Shown here: in pieces, positions 13,262 to 26,910 of the stretch
Layout of the letters: each line of letters begins with the position of its first letter
Numbering within the stretch: position 1 is the first letter of the stretch
From: the human T2T-CHM13v2.0 reference genome, Homo sapiens
Assembly (NCBI RefSeq): GCF_009914755.1
Contig: NC_060931.1
Direction: 5' to 3' (one strand)
Length of the DNA stretch: 64,000 nt
Made by a program: the position numbers and the translations under genes
Notes under the pieces: model-generated
Told to the model about the DNA's origin: nothing
Database searches by the model: none
What the model saw: only the letters and a program-made list of their open reading frames with translations

Positions 13262-13480
13262 GAATCCGTCCTGCAGGCCCAGAACAGAGGTAAATAGGCA
13301 TCATTTTGTAAATAAAGTATTATTGGAATACAGCCACATCCATTCATTGAAATATAAAATATGGGAAAGTTCGTACTACAATGACAGAGTTGAGTGGTCC
13401 AGACAGGACAGAGACTATATGGGCTACAAATCGTAAAGTATTTACTGTTGGTACTTTACAGTTGCTGATCCTTGAGCTAG
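13262..13480. mobile_element. MER58-type hAT element
   Basis: ttttgtaaataaagtattattggaatacagccac...aaagtatttactgttgg. Confidence 0.7.
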
Positions 13481-14123
13481 GAAATGAATAAGATTATTTG
13501 CATTCATTCAGAATCATTTATGGAGTTCTGTAGTATGTTGAGCACAGTGCCTGGCTTATAGTTAACTCAAATAAATGTGGGCTGTGATTGACATTATAGT
13601 GGTTGGGCATTGATGAACAGACACTGGGCTCAGGTAAAGGCCCTGCTACAGAAGGCAGGGGTACAGATGTTCAAGGCATGTGAAGTAATTTAGGCCAAGG
13701 CCAAGCCCAAAGAGCAAAGACAAACTGAGCTGGGTGGTAACTTGGTGTTTACTCTGTTCTAAAGCAAACCACTCTTGGAGAATGTTTTTATCACTTTCTT
13801 TTCTCTATTTCCAGAGAAAACGATCACAGGCCAAGCTTAATTTGTGGTTAGTCAGTATTTCACTCTGAGTTCCGTGAAGTGGCTTCCAGGATCTTCCCTA
13901 GGGGATGTGGTACAGGTTTAAGAAATTCAGGGTGTGTATTTCACATCAATTGAAGAATCTCTTGAAGGCAAACAGAAAGGTTAGTTTCTTCTGTTTGCAG
14001 TGCACACTTTTGTTTGCATGTGAGCATGAATCATCAGTCTCCTCACTAAGCATAATCCAAGCAGACGAAGCTCAAATTAACACTAAAGGAAGGTAGCAAG
14101 AATGAGTTTGTTTTTAAGGATTT

Positions 14124-14608
14124 TGTGGTAGGCAGAATAATGGCCTCCAAAGATATCAGATCCTAATCCCTAGAGCCAATAACTGTGACCTTACCTTGGC
14201 AAAAAGGTTTATGCAGATGTGATTACATTAAGAATCTTGAGATGAAGAAGAATCTTGGATAATCTTTGTGGACCCTAAATACCAGCACCCGTCTCTTTTT
14301 AAGGGAGAGGCAGAAGGAGATTTCACAGACAGTCACAGAGGAGAAGTCCGGGGGAAGTGGAGCAGAGAAGGATTTGAAGATCCTGGGGTGGTGCAGCCAC
14401 AAGGCCAGGCATGCAGGAAGCCCACAGAAGCTGGAGGAGGCCTGGAACAGATTCTCTCCTAGCTCCAGAGGGAGCACAGCCCTCGATTGCAGCCCCAAAA
14501 ATTCTTTTCACACCTCTGGCCTCCAGAACTGTATGAGAATAAGTTTGCCTTGTTTTAAGCCACCAAACTTGTAGTAATTTGTTATAGCAGCCACAGAAAA
14601 CTAATACA
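14124..14608 (+). mobile_element. MLT1D-like solo LTR, complete
   Basis: tgtggtaggcagaataatggcc start; ttgttatagcagccacagaaaactaataca end; TG...CA termini. Confidence 0.88.
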
Positions 14609-14626
14609 GATGTATTCATCAGATGA

Positions 14627-14943
<317 letters not shown>

Positions 14944-15871
14944 TCATTACTTCTTATACCATAATAAATAAGAAAGAGAGAGAAACAACAACGCACCCCC
15001 ACCACCACCACATTAACTTCTGCTTTAGCCACACAAGTAAGAACAGATGGTAAATAATACAAGTTACTGGACTGGGGTTGGAAGAGATTTTTGTCTATTA
15101 TGATGCTGAGAACAGTGCCCAGAACATGTAACATGCTCAGAAAAGAGCAACTCAATACATAAATGATATCAAGGCAGGTAAAGTTCCGTGTGAATTGTCA
15201 GCTTGTAATGGCATTAGGACCCTGGATGGATACTGTGATTAAGCGTGGTGCACAGACAGCTGCCTGTTTGAGAGCCATTTGTTACCAGTCCATGGCGAAA
15301 TGGGTACAGAAGTACAGAGGTCTTCAGAAACTACTTCTTACTGCTTTCTTTTAATCCACTGATTGAAAAAAATGACATAGTTGATAAAGAGCTGTTGTAA
15401 ATTCAACAATGTTTTTAAAATAAATTTGTAATTAATTACAAATTTATTAATTAATCACAATATATTACGTTTTAAAATGGTCATATACGCGAAGAAGAGA
15501 GAAATAATTTTAGGAAGCTGTATTTATTCCAAATGTAGAGAATTCTCCAACCACATATAATAATCATGAGCCCCTGAGAGTCCATGACCTGGAGGTTCAA
15601 AGCTACAAGCCAATCCCACCAAGGAAACTAGGGTGTGAAGGCACTCTGTGATTAGCCCCCCGTCTTACAATTTAGTTAGCATCCGAGACAGGCCCAAACC
15701 CAGAGCTTGTGTCTTCTGAATCCCATTCCAGTGCTTTTTTAGTAGCCACTGATGTGACATCTCATGGACCTCCTAGAGGTGGTCTCCTAGGCAACCTGGT
15801 GCATGCCCATAGGCCTAAATCAGGCTAAAGAAGGAAGGTCATCATGACCGCCACACCACCCGTGGAGGACA

Positions 15872-16045
15872 GCAGGGTCCTTAGGGTCCTGGGCAGGTTG
15901 CACGTGTGTGTGGCCTTGCACTGAGACAGGCCACACTTGATTTAATGCCCTGCTGTTGCCTTCTTGAAGTTCTTAATAATTTTCAAAAGAGTACATGCAG
16001 TTTTATTTTGCATAGACCCCTACAAATTATATAGTTGGGACTGTG
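15872..16045. mobile_element. MER91-like
   Basis: tttaatgccctgctgttgcc...ttcttaataatttt...ttttattttgcatagacccctacaaattat. Confidence 0.5.
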
Positions 16046-16177
16046 CAAGCAAGGCCGTTTGGATCCAACTTCATTTTATTTCTAGTTTGCTTCTGCTGTC
16101 ATTCTGGAGACACAGCCTTCATTATTGCACCTCAGGATCTGACAGACCATCATCTCCTGGGTGAGGACACAATATCG

Positions 16178-16332
16178 CCAGGCTGGGCCTCGGGTGAAGG
16201 AAGGGAAGGGTCTAGAGCGCAAAAGTTAAGGAGGCCCTTACTCTTGGGGGTGTGTGAAGGCAGAGCCGGCACCTGAGAGGGAGTACCCCTTAAAAATTGC
16301 AGCTCACTTTCCTCACCCAAGTCTCATCCTGT
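16178..16332. mobile_element. MER96-like
   Basis: ctagagcgcaaaagttaaggaggcccttactct...gcacctgagagggagtaccccttaaaa. Confidence 0.5.
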
Positions 16333-18389
16333 AGTACACCTGCAGTATGCCTGTAATGTTCCTGCAGACACCTGCAGTACAGTATTCTCCTGCTTCCTTT
16401 GCCTCTGCGTGCCTCTGTGGTCACTGAATTTTCATCAGCCAGATCAGGTGGCACACAGAAACCTACCCCATTGACTTGTTCTTAGATTTTTCTAAAAGTG
16501 TTCTTTATTTGCTCAGTCTCTGTTAAGGAAGAATTACATTTCCCCATTCTCTGCAAGACTCGCCATGGTTGGCTGGTGCATGCTCTACTGTGTAAGTGTA
16601 ATTTGATATAAAGCTGAATTGTCAATAGCATGAAACATTTTATAGGAAGAGTGAAAGAGTAGATGGTGGTCTCATTCATTCTGTCCCGGAGAGCAAGAGC
16701 AGTGTGGCATGGTAGCAAGTGAGGAGAAATCAGAGAAGCTCAGTTCTCATCCCGACTCCACTGCTTCTTCCCTGTGGGACCTCATGCAGTGCTTGTGCTT
16801 CCTCAGCCTGACTTTCCTTACCTATAAAAATAAAACTGTCTCTTTCACATGACTTTTGAGGGTCTAACAAATTTATATTTCTTAATGTGCTTTGCAGACT
16901 ATAAAATGCTAGCTGGTTGTTGACACTGATTCTTCAGCTTTTTGGGGGGAATTGTTTTGCATGATGAGTTCATTCTAAGTTGCCACCTGCTATCTGCCAA
17001 TGGATAAATTCCACAGCATCTCACAATATGAGTTAGACCTTGGAACAGGCTTTACTGAGGAAAAGAAACTGACGTCAGGGTCAGCCAGATAAGATAGAAG
17101 GGCCTGCTGAGGCCGCTGCACTCTGCTGGTTGGATTTGTGGTCCAGGGAGGAACATACCCTCCCCAGTCCCACTCCCACCCCCATAATCTCCTTTTTTGT
17201 AGGGCAAGTGGGAGAGCACTTTTGTTAGTGGGGAGATAATGAAACTACTTTGGCACCAGGCAGCCTGGATTTGAGTGTCAGCTGTTTACAGAAATTGTCT
17301 GGGAAGGCAAGTGCACAGCACCTGGGGACCTTGGGACTAAAGTTGTTACCCTGGAGGAGGACACCACTTGTCCCATGGGAAGAGGAGCCTCTCCAGCTCT
17401 GAGAGAGAGTTAGGACGCCCCCCCACGCCATAGCATTTCAACCTGATAATTCAGGGTGAACATCTGGGCTCATTTTCAGACAATCCTGCTTGTACCAAAG
17501 AAGCATCATTAAATTCTGGAAGCAGGGACCACTCATACTACCCCCAACATTGAAACCTAACTAGGTCATTCCAGGGTTTATTAGTGGGTGGTTTGGATTT
17601 GATAGAGAGATCAAGGCCTACCCAGGCTAAATCTAAATCCATCCACTAATGAGCTATAATAAGAGGATTCCATTTTAAAAGATTCACTCGGGTCCTTTGG
17701 ACTAAAACGCTGTCACAGTTGATTCCTCTAGTCAGCTTTGTACCTGCTTTTCTGTGATTGATGTGGAAACCTTGTGCATCCTAAAATGCTGCCCTTACTC
17801 ATCCTTTCATCCTGACTTGTAGTCTCCCACCTTCCGTCACGGCCCGAAATCTCCACCTCATATAAATGGCCCAGTGGGTGCCAACTCTAGTGGTGGGGAC
17901 AGGGTAGGTGGACTCCACAGCAGTAGACAAATCATAATTGCATAATGTAAATTTTGCACAAAATGCTCTGAGAGCTTAATGGTGCCACAACCAATTTTAT
18001 TAGGACACTTCAAAACAAAGATGACATTTGAACTGGATCATAAAGGATAAGTAGAATATTTTAGGGCAAAGAAAGGGGAGAAGGGCATGCTAGGTACAGG
18101 GGAGCAGAGATGTGGGACTTCAGCTGAGATAATATGTGTGAAGTGTTTAGAGCAGTGTGTGGCACATACTAGGTGCTCAATAAATGTTAGTAGTGCTAGT
18201 CATTATTGCTGTTACATATCAGGGAATTTCAAATACCCAGTATGGCTACAATACCAGGAGGGAAGGTCTGGAAATAAAACTGGAGATGGAGTTTGAGATT
18301 TTTTGTATGTGAAGGGCCCTGAATAGTATGTTAAAAGAGTTAGGTTTTGTATTTGCATCTCATTTTAGCCAACTAATCCACAATCATGA

Positions 18390-18640
18390 GTGTCCCAGTG
18401 AGGATGGGCCAGGTTAGGCTGCAGTAACAACCCCCAGATGTCAGTGGCAAAGCATCAAACATTTATTTCTTACCCATGTGACATGCCCAGTGCAGAATGA
18501 CTGTGATCTTTGCCCAGTGCCCTCCTCTTTCTGTGACCCTGCTGCTTCTGCCCAAAAATGACACCTATCACTATTTCCATTTCATTGGCCAAAAAAAGCC
18601 ACGTGGCCATCCTAACTTCAGATGGAACAAGGAAGTGCAG
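18390..18640 (-). mobile_element. MLT1-type LTR fragment
   Basis: ggttaggctgcagtaacaac...tttatttctt...cattggcc...cacgtggccatcctaacttca. Confidence 0.6.
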
Positions 18641-20397
18641 TCCTACCATGGCTACGTGACTACGTGCATTTGTCAAAACTCACAGAAACGCATGCTTAAA
18701 ATGAGTGAATTTTACTGTATCTAAAGTATGTGTCAACAGTTCTGACTTTTTAAAAAACACCTTAGTGCATTTTTTAACTAGACTGCTTTTAAAAATTATT
18801 AAAATTATATTGTAAACAACCCCTTAAAATATGATTTGATTTCTAAAAATCAATTTTATGGATCCTTTTAGAGGCATCATAACCTGTGGCATGCTGCTAG
18901 TGCTGCTGACATTCAACAGCCAGGAATGTCTTCCCTTCAGGGCAGGGGTAGGCAGGTGAGCAATCCTGTTCTCCCACCATGGCTGATTCCAGGCTACGGA
19001 TGTAATGTTACTGAGTTAGCTGAGAAGAAATGCACACATTTTGAGCCAATTCCAGCACACCACTAAAAATGTACTATGGGTTGACAATATAATAAGCAGC
19101 AAGGTAATGACTGTCCTCATGGTGTTCCAAGATTGCCTCGTACAATTCCCTAGTTTGCTGGTGATGCGGGATTAGTAATCATAATAAGAGTGTCAATCAG
19201 ATGCTACAGCTTTGAAAAATAATCCAATAGAATGGTACATTTAAAGCTAGATGAGGCCTGAGAGATCAGCTAGTCGCGGCACAGTTGAGGACACCCTGAA
19301 AGGTAACAGATGTGCCCAGAGTCACCCAGCTGCCACCCAGGTGGCAGAACTGGAACCAGAACCCCGGTTTCCTGACTTCCTATTTAGTGTCTTTGTGTGG
19401 CTTTCCCCACCACTGCAGGAACTGTGGGATTCCAGTTTTTGAATGGGTACCATTGTTCCTAGCCCATTTTCAGATATCCATCTTACAAGTATTATTTTTA
19501 AAAGGTCAAAACATTCAGCTAAGCCATGCCTGTGGTGAACAAGTGGCAGGCACCAGAGGTTGGGGAGGGGTGTCATGGGCTATTTGATAGCTATTGGATT
19601 CAAACAATGCATTTCTCCCTGGAGAGAACAGAGGATAACCTGACACCTTGTCTGAGGACCGTGGTTTACCCCCAGCCCGCGTGGGAACCTGTTTTCATGG
19701 GCTCCTCTGGCCGTGTGGTGGCCCAGCCTTTCGCAGCCCCACTCCTCAGCTCACCCTGCATTAAGAACAACAACAGCAGCCATGTGCTCAGAGCAAGACC
19801 ACTAAGCATTTTCCAATCTCAACTAAACTTTGGAGTAGCCAAGAAGAGTCCTTGGGGGAATGAGTTCATTCTGCAGGTCTGAGGGTGGAGTCAAAACCAA
19901 TAATAATAATAACTCTATCATAATATTGACTGTTTGGGGGCCAAGCCAGACTTGTCCCTAAATATGTCTCAGACTTCTTTCTCAGTCTGACAAATGCTTG
20001 CCCTTCCTTCAAGGCTCATCTCAATGCCACTTCTTTGAAGATGTTTCTGACCTTGACCTTGGAGTACCTCCCATCTGCTCCTCTGAACGTATTGCTTCTT
20101 TCACCCTGCCCCTGGAACACTTTGAACCTGCCTTTACTACAGCCTGTTTCACAGAGGGTTTTGTGATTATTTGTTCAGATGTCTATCTCCTCAACTAGAC
20201 CAAATGTTTGCTTCTTGAAGTGAGGTTTGCTCTGTGTGTTAGACGTCATTAGCTGCCTTCATGTGGCCTGGCCCAGCCCATGGTGAAGAAAGAGAGAGGG
20301 GGACAGAAGAAGAACCATTCTGGATCGAGAGCAAATTCTCTGGGAAAGTGAAGTTCCCCTGTGCCCATTCATGCTCCATAAATGACTGTATGAGCTC

Positions 20398-20635
20398 CAG
20401 GGTTTAAGTCTCAAGCTCACAATGCATGAATGTCCCCAAGGCATACTCGTTCAAAATGCAGATTCCTGCCCCTGCCACCACCCGCCCCCTCCCCCCCACC
20501 ACCACCACCAACACCCCTCTTCTCGCCATTCTGATGTCTAGATCTGAGGTGGGGCCCAGAAGTCTGTGTTTTCACCGGCACTCCAGGTGATATTCTGATT
20601 CAGGTGATCTGAGGACACTTTTGAGAAGCACTGGT
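20398..20635. mobile_element. MER5A with C-rich insert
   Basis: aaaatgcagattcctg...tctgaggtggggcccaga...cactttt gagaagcactg. Confidence 0.6.
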
Positions 20636-22251
20636 CTCCGACTAGGAGGGTTCTAGGAATGCAGGCATTTAGGGCACAGGGAGCGTGCAGACTCAGGCCC
20701 TGGTGGCTGCCTCCTGGGCTGGGGAGGGCACGCTGCAGCCTGCACTTTGTCTCCAGAAAGCACCAGGAGCTGGAAGATCCTGGGGATATTGCCCTTCATC
20801 TTCCCCATCTGCAGCCCAGAATCCTTCTCAACTCATTCAGGCCACAGTCACACAGAGGCACACTGGTATGCCTCTTTTTCCAGAATATTCTGGACAAATA
20901 TTCAGCTTATTAAGGATGCACCTCCTGAATATTTTTAATGCTAGTCATTCTGAGCTGTGGAATAGACATGCAGGGAGCTAGCACGGGCGATGGCCTGCAG
21001 CTCGGGAACGTGAGGCCCCCAACAAAGTGACCACAACCAGTGCCACCATCAGAGCAGGTCCTGGATGACCTCAGGCTTCCTTCAGGCTGTACCTCCTCTG
21101 CTGGCCTCAGCAGTGACAGCACCATGTCCTTTAGTCAAGCCACACACATCCTTGAAGCTGCCACATTCTCTGCACAGAGAGTCACGTCTGTGCTCCCGCT
21201 GAGTGATAATAGGGTCGTGACCTCCTTGGAAAGGGAGACCATGTTCCTTGCATTGTCATCAGCCCCCAGGCCGTCTCAGAGCTCCCCGTGCCTCTGCAAG
21301 CCCCATTTGATGAATCTGAGAACGAGATTCTGGAAACGGTCTGAGTGCTGAGCAGTACCTGTCACACTCACTCACATAACAAAGTATGTTTGTTTCCCAG
21401 AAGACAGTCATTGTATATTCCTACTCATTAAGTTACTATAATTATACCCACATGGGGTATAATTGATTTTAATTTCACTCTGAGGTTGCTCCAGGTTTCA
21501 ACAGCAAGTCTCTGGCCTTGGAGAACTCTCTCCCTTTATTTAGCATTTAAATGAGTATCAGGAGGGAAACGCAAGAAGTAATTATGAGGAGAAACCGAGT
21601 GTTGAAAGGGGCAGCTTTGAAGTGCTTAAACGTCCTGACATGGCAGTGCGCGCTTCCATTTCAGTGCGTGGGAAGTCAGCTGGATCACTGGGGAACAAGA
21701 TGCCCTGACGTTGATGAATTGTGCAGCTGTACTGGGGACCAAATCTCTCACTCAGTGCTGGAGTGATTTTACTGCCATGCTTACCCATGACTCAGTGGCC
21801 TCTGTTTATGAATTAGCACATATTTTTAAGTTCTTACATGTTACTGTCTCTGAAATTTACAAATAAATCATAGTAATACTACAGTTTCAATTCCCCACTC
21901 TTTTTAAAAACAGCTTTCATGCATTATAGTCATAAATCCTTGTTAACTTTTTAACTCCATGCCCCTGTTATTGTATGTCACAAAAGACAGTGTTATAGTT
22001 TTTCATTCCTGCTTAATTTAAAACTTTCCCAATGGAATGCAGATACAGTGAGCTGTTTTCATAGGTGTGGTTAGGGAGATATGTTGTATAATTGAAGCCT
22101 AGGTCCCTATTTTCAGATGGGACAGATTCTAAAACTAGTGGGATATGCTGACTCCATTTGAATCTCTGAACTATGAGACAAGTTATACAACTAGATCATT
22201 GGTTTCCTAAGGGAATGAGACAGTAGCTGTTTGTATAAGGAGCATAGCTGT

Positions 22252-22252
<1 letters not shown>

Positions 22253-22282
<30 letters not shown>
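22253..22282. repeat. (CA)15 microsatellite
   Basis: Direct read. Confidence 0.97.
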
Positions 22283-22285
<3 letters not shown>

Positions 22286-23914
22286 CATGCATTACAAATA
22301 GATGTAGAATTCTAATGTTAGCTGCCCTACCTCTGTTCTCCAATATTATATAATTATCTGTTTATGTGTCTCACCCCTGCCCCCAACTTTTTACTTCTCA
22401 AGGGCAAATGTATTCCCGGTGCCTGGAGTTAATGTGTGTGGAACATTTGAAGATGGAAAGTGGTCCTAGCTAAGTCCTCACTTTAGAAGTGAGGAAAGTG
22501 AGGGCCCAAATATATCAGATTACTTGGCCAAGGTTGCAGCAGTCAAGACACCAAGTGTGTATGTAATAAGCATATGACTGTTCGATCAAACTAAAGTATT
22601 ATCCAAACGTCCTCTATCAAGCGTCTTAGTTTCCCACATTCTCTTGGCTATGTAAAAGCGTGCTTTAGTAGAGCAGACCCACCAAAGAAGATACCACATT
22701 TGGCTTTGGCCTTTCCCTTTACCTATCTCATCTGCAAAGTCCTTTCTGTAATGATCCCATGGTGTGATGGAATATCAGAATTCAGGAGCGGACAGATGCA
22801 ATGCCCAGAAGATGAAATTCAACCAGTTAAGAACTCTGTTGCCTTGAATTTGACAGTGATCCTTTCACAAAGAAGTTTCCCTGGTTTTGAATTAAGTTAC
22901 ACTAAACTAGCAGGGACCAGTTCCTGGTTCCCTTTTATGTAGTTTCAGATTTTCTCAGGAATCCTTTGGTATTCTGTGCTATGCAGTACACCTCGCCAGG
23001 AACGCGGTGGGTCAGGGGTCAGATTCTCCCGCTCGGAAGGCTATGAAAGGCTCAAGTTCACACGGTTTAACTTTTTAAAGTTCTCATGTGTCTTTCCAAA
23101 GACTTGTAGGATTTTGGAAAAACTGTCATGTTTCTTCCCTCCTGTGTTTTCATCCTTACTTCTTTCTCCTTTGCCACTAATTCTCTTTCTCTCACTATTC
23201 CTCCCTGTCCTTTGTTTTCCCCATGTCATTTGGAATTTTCCTTTTACTGTTGAAAGGTGGATGCAGCCCTGGAGGAATCAGGGTAAGGTCATGCCGGCTG
23301 GGCCTTCTCCCTAGTTCGGATGAGACTTTCCGAGCTCGCCTCCCCTGCAGGTTGTTCATGAGATAAAACCTCCGTGGGTCAGGTGGAGAGCCCACAGTTG
23401 CCTCAAGATGCAATACAACATCTGTTTCATTGTCCAGGGTGGGGAAGGAACAGATAATTCTCTTTTGAGGTCAAGCAGCAATTCCAGGAGCTGACCCAGC
23501 CTCACAGAGCAGCCCATAGCAGCAGGTGGGGGCCTCTGTTACGACAGCCACCTTCACCGCAGGCCAGGTGTGACATCAGCCTGCACCCTAGCAGGGCTCC
23601 TTGTCTCCCCCTCTCCTCCCTGCATGGCAGGCTCAGGTATCTAAGAAAGCAAGAACATGACTCCAGCAAACCCACAAGTGGTAGAAGAAGCCCGAAAAGC
23701 TTGTCTATCGTTACCATTAGAAACCAGGCAACCACAAGAAGAGGCAGAGAAGAGGAAAGAGGAGCAGGACGGGGAGGAGGCATCGAGACAATAGAATACA
23801 ATAGGCGTTCTCTGCCTCCCCCTCTGCCACTCAGGCAAGTCAGGCGTGGCTGCCCCTTTCCAAGGTGGCAGCCACAAACTCAGTTCTGATCCTTATGTTC
23901 TTCTAAAGCAAATT

Positions 23915-24076
23915 CCCCTTAGCATATGTACATTGAATCACCAGATTAAAATATTGCTACCTGGCTTTCACCCCCAGAGATTCTGATTTAATTGATCTGG
24001 GGTACCAAGTAGACTTCTGGATTTTTAAAGCCCCCTGAGCAATTCTAATGTGGAATAAAATTAGGGAACCACTGCA
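23915..24076. mobile_element. MER5-type
   Basis: gaatcacc...cccccagagattctgatttaattgatctgggg...gggaaccactgc. Confidence 0.65.
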
Positions 24077-25681
24077 TTATTGGCCAGATAATTCCTAGGT
24101 CCCATGCCCCACCCACCCTCAAATAGAGCTTGCCACAGGCTCCACTTTAAGAGGGCAAGGGCAAACCCATCACCCTTTTGTAACAGTAGAAATTTGGGGG
24201 CAAATTCAGACCCATCCAACATTTATTGAGCACCTACTACTTGCCATGCCCTGGATTCGTGCCTCCCTATGTATTATCTGGCTTAGCCAGCAGGGAGCTT
24301 CTAAGAGGGTACCCTTCTAAAGGCAAAGCGCTGTCTTGAGGTGTAAATACAAACTGTCTGGTCTTTATGTTCTGCGGCTTTCTAATTCATAGATGTTCCT
24401 CGGACAAAGGATGTTTCACAGGTGCCAAGAGAGGATGGTTTTAAAAGGCCAGAGGTCATGAGGCAAGTGTTGGAAGAGGCAAAGATCTGAGGGGCTCTGA
24501 TTTGGCTTCAGGACCTTTCATTAGAGCATCAGTAATTCTTAGAGTCCAGAATCTTTCCAGGTGTGGCTTCTTTGGACAGAGCCATCTCTTGGTATCGGAG
24601 GGAAGCAAATGGCTGCTAGTGGAGGGAACAGAGCCCTGTCCTTGGCTGCATAGGCACAGGGAAGCAGAACAGCGGATCGGGATTCTGGAAGCCTTGTTCT
24701 GAGGCAACTCCTTTGCTACCAATTTGTTTGGGGACTTTAGACAAACCACCCGCTTCTCTGGGCCTCAGTTTCCTCATCTGTAAGATGAGAGGGTTGCTTA
24801 GATAGATGCTTAAAAGAAATAGTAATTGGTCTTGTCTCACGATGTTGTTCCACATCACAATAATGATTTTCTCTACTTTGTGCTGTGTAGCATAAATGGT
24901 TATCATCAATTCTATTCTCATGTAGGGTAACTGAAGCCATTCTCCTCCATCTGTATTCCTGGCCAAAGTAATAAATGGCAGGGAAACCACATGTTTTGAG
25001 CAACCAATCAAGTATGTATTTCTCAAGGACATGCCCTTAGTTTACTCATTTCTCTATTCATTTAGAAACATGTAATGTATGCTACACAGCCAGGCAGTGT
25101 GCTAAAGACAGGAATACAGTGATTAGCAAGACAGTCACCACCATGTAGAACTTAGGGTGAATAGAGCCAAAAGAAAGAGTGGGAGACCCAGGGGAGGATG
25201 GAGGGGTGACTAGGAGTTAACCAGATGAACAAAGAAGGATGATATCAGATGAGATGGACTGTATTCTAGGAAGGTCCAAGTTGTTAGAGTAATGGTCCCA
25301 ACTTACTGGGATTTTATACACATACAAACTCAAAATTTAAGCTATATACTGAGCAGAAGACTTGTTTATTTTCAGGCAATAAATGTTTATATTCTCGGGA
25401 TCTGGAGAATAGCCAAAGACTAAAAAATAGGCCTAGAGGAAGGGGCCTTCATGTTTCATGTGTGAAGCACAGTAATGATGAACAGCAAAGCTTTAGAGAT
25501 GTCAGACTTCCTAGGCTGCCAACACTTCTTCTAGTCTATGAACTACCTTAAATGAGAACAGAGGTTAGGTATTATTTCACTCTGGATGCCCAGAGCCTAA
25601 TACAGAACCTGACACATAGGAATTGTCCACTTAATGTTGCTTGATTGTCTGACTGGTTTGTTGGTTAATTGGTTGGTTCAT

Positions 25682-25737
25682 TGGATGGATGGATGGATGG
25701 ATGGATGGATGGATGGATGGATGGATGGATGGATGGA
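25682..25737. repeat. (TGGA)14 perfect tetranucleotide STR
   Basis: Direct read; follows an L2-like 3' end. Confidence 0.97.
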
Positions 25738-26164
25738 AGGAAGAGAGAGGATGCACAGTGCCTACAGCAGTGTCTCATACATACATATAATAAATTGTAA
25801 CTGTATATTTCTGTCATAAAAAATACCTTTTTTGTCATATACACTGAAACATTTGTGTCTATAAATTCCCATTCATTTAACCTATTTTAATATTGTACTT
25901 GGAACAGTGTTTTTCTCATAATAGAAAAAATATAGTCATTGTTTCACACGCATTTTGTTTGTGCAGGAAGCCAAAATACAAATGCATTCTGCGTAAAACT
26001 TAGTGTCATATATAACACTGCTGAGCATTAATTCTTTTTTAAAAACTTGATGAGTTTGCATAAACCTGAACAAACATATGTGCTTGGTCCTCAAGGACAT
26101 TAGCTTTTTCACTTCAGGAGTGGAAAGGGCTGCTATAGACCATATCACCAAAACCTGCTTTGGA

Positions 26165-26910
26165 CACTATTGCTGAATGACAAGCCGCCTCAAAGCTTAG
26201 TAGTATAAAATATCCATTGTCTTACGGTTGCATGTTCTGTTGGGTCAGAAATTAGAACAGAGTACAGCAGGGATGGCTTGCTTCTGCTTCATCCTGTCTG
26301 AGGCTTCATCTGAGAAGACTCAAAGTCTTGAGGGGAACTCAACATCTGGGGGCTGGAATCATTGGGCATCTCCTTCATTCACACATTTGGCACCTGAGCT
26401 GGGAAGACTCTCACACACTGATGTTAGCTAGATTGTCAATCAGAGTGCCTGCATGAGGCCTCTCCATGCAGCTTATGCTTCCCCCAAACATGGCAGCCTT
26501 GGGATAGTTGAACTTTTTGCATAACAGCTCATGCCTCCAATGCAAAGATGCCAGTGGACAAGGAAGAAGCTTCATTGCCTTTTATGACCCAGCCTCAGGC
26601 ATCACATAGCATTTCCTCCATCATATTCTTTTTTTTTAAATTATTATACTTTAAGTTTTAGGGTATATGTGCACAACGTGCAGGTTTGTTACATATGTAT
26701 ACATGTGCCATGTTGGTGTGCTGCACCCAATAACTCGTCATTTAGCATTAGGTATATCTCCTAATGCCATCCCTCCCCCCTCCCCCCACCCCACATTAGT
26801 TGAAGTAAGTTACAAGTTTATCCGGGTTCCCAAGGAAGAGACCTACCTCCCCACTCCACCTTGAACAGAGGAATGTAAAAGAGTTTTACAGCCATTTAGA
26901 AAACCCCGCA
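26165..26910 (-). mobile_element. MLT1 LTR interrupted by L1PA stub
   Basis: ctattgctgaatgacaagccgcctcaaagcttagt...cattgccttttatgacccagcctca...catattct[L1]attagttgaagtaagttacaag. Confidence 0.7.
26629..26794 (-). mobile_element. Young L1PA (PA3-PA5-like) 3' stub
   Basis: ttattatactttaagttttagggta...gtgcaggtttgttacatatgtatacatgtgccatg...ccctcccccctccccccacccc. Confidence 0.92.

Noticed and set aside
21440-21464. 10-bp hairpin aattataccc-acatg-gggtataatt
   Set aside because: About one is expected by chance in 64 kb.
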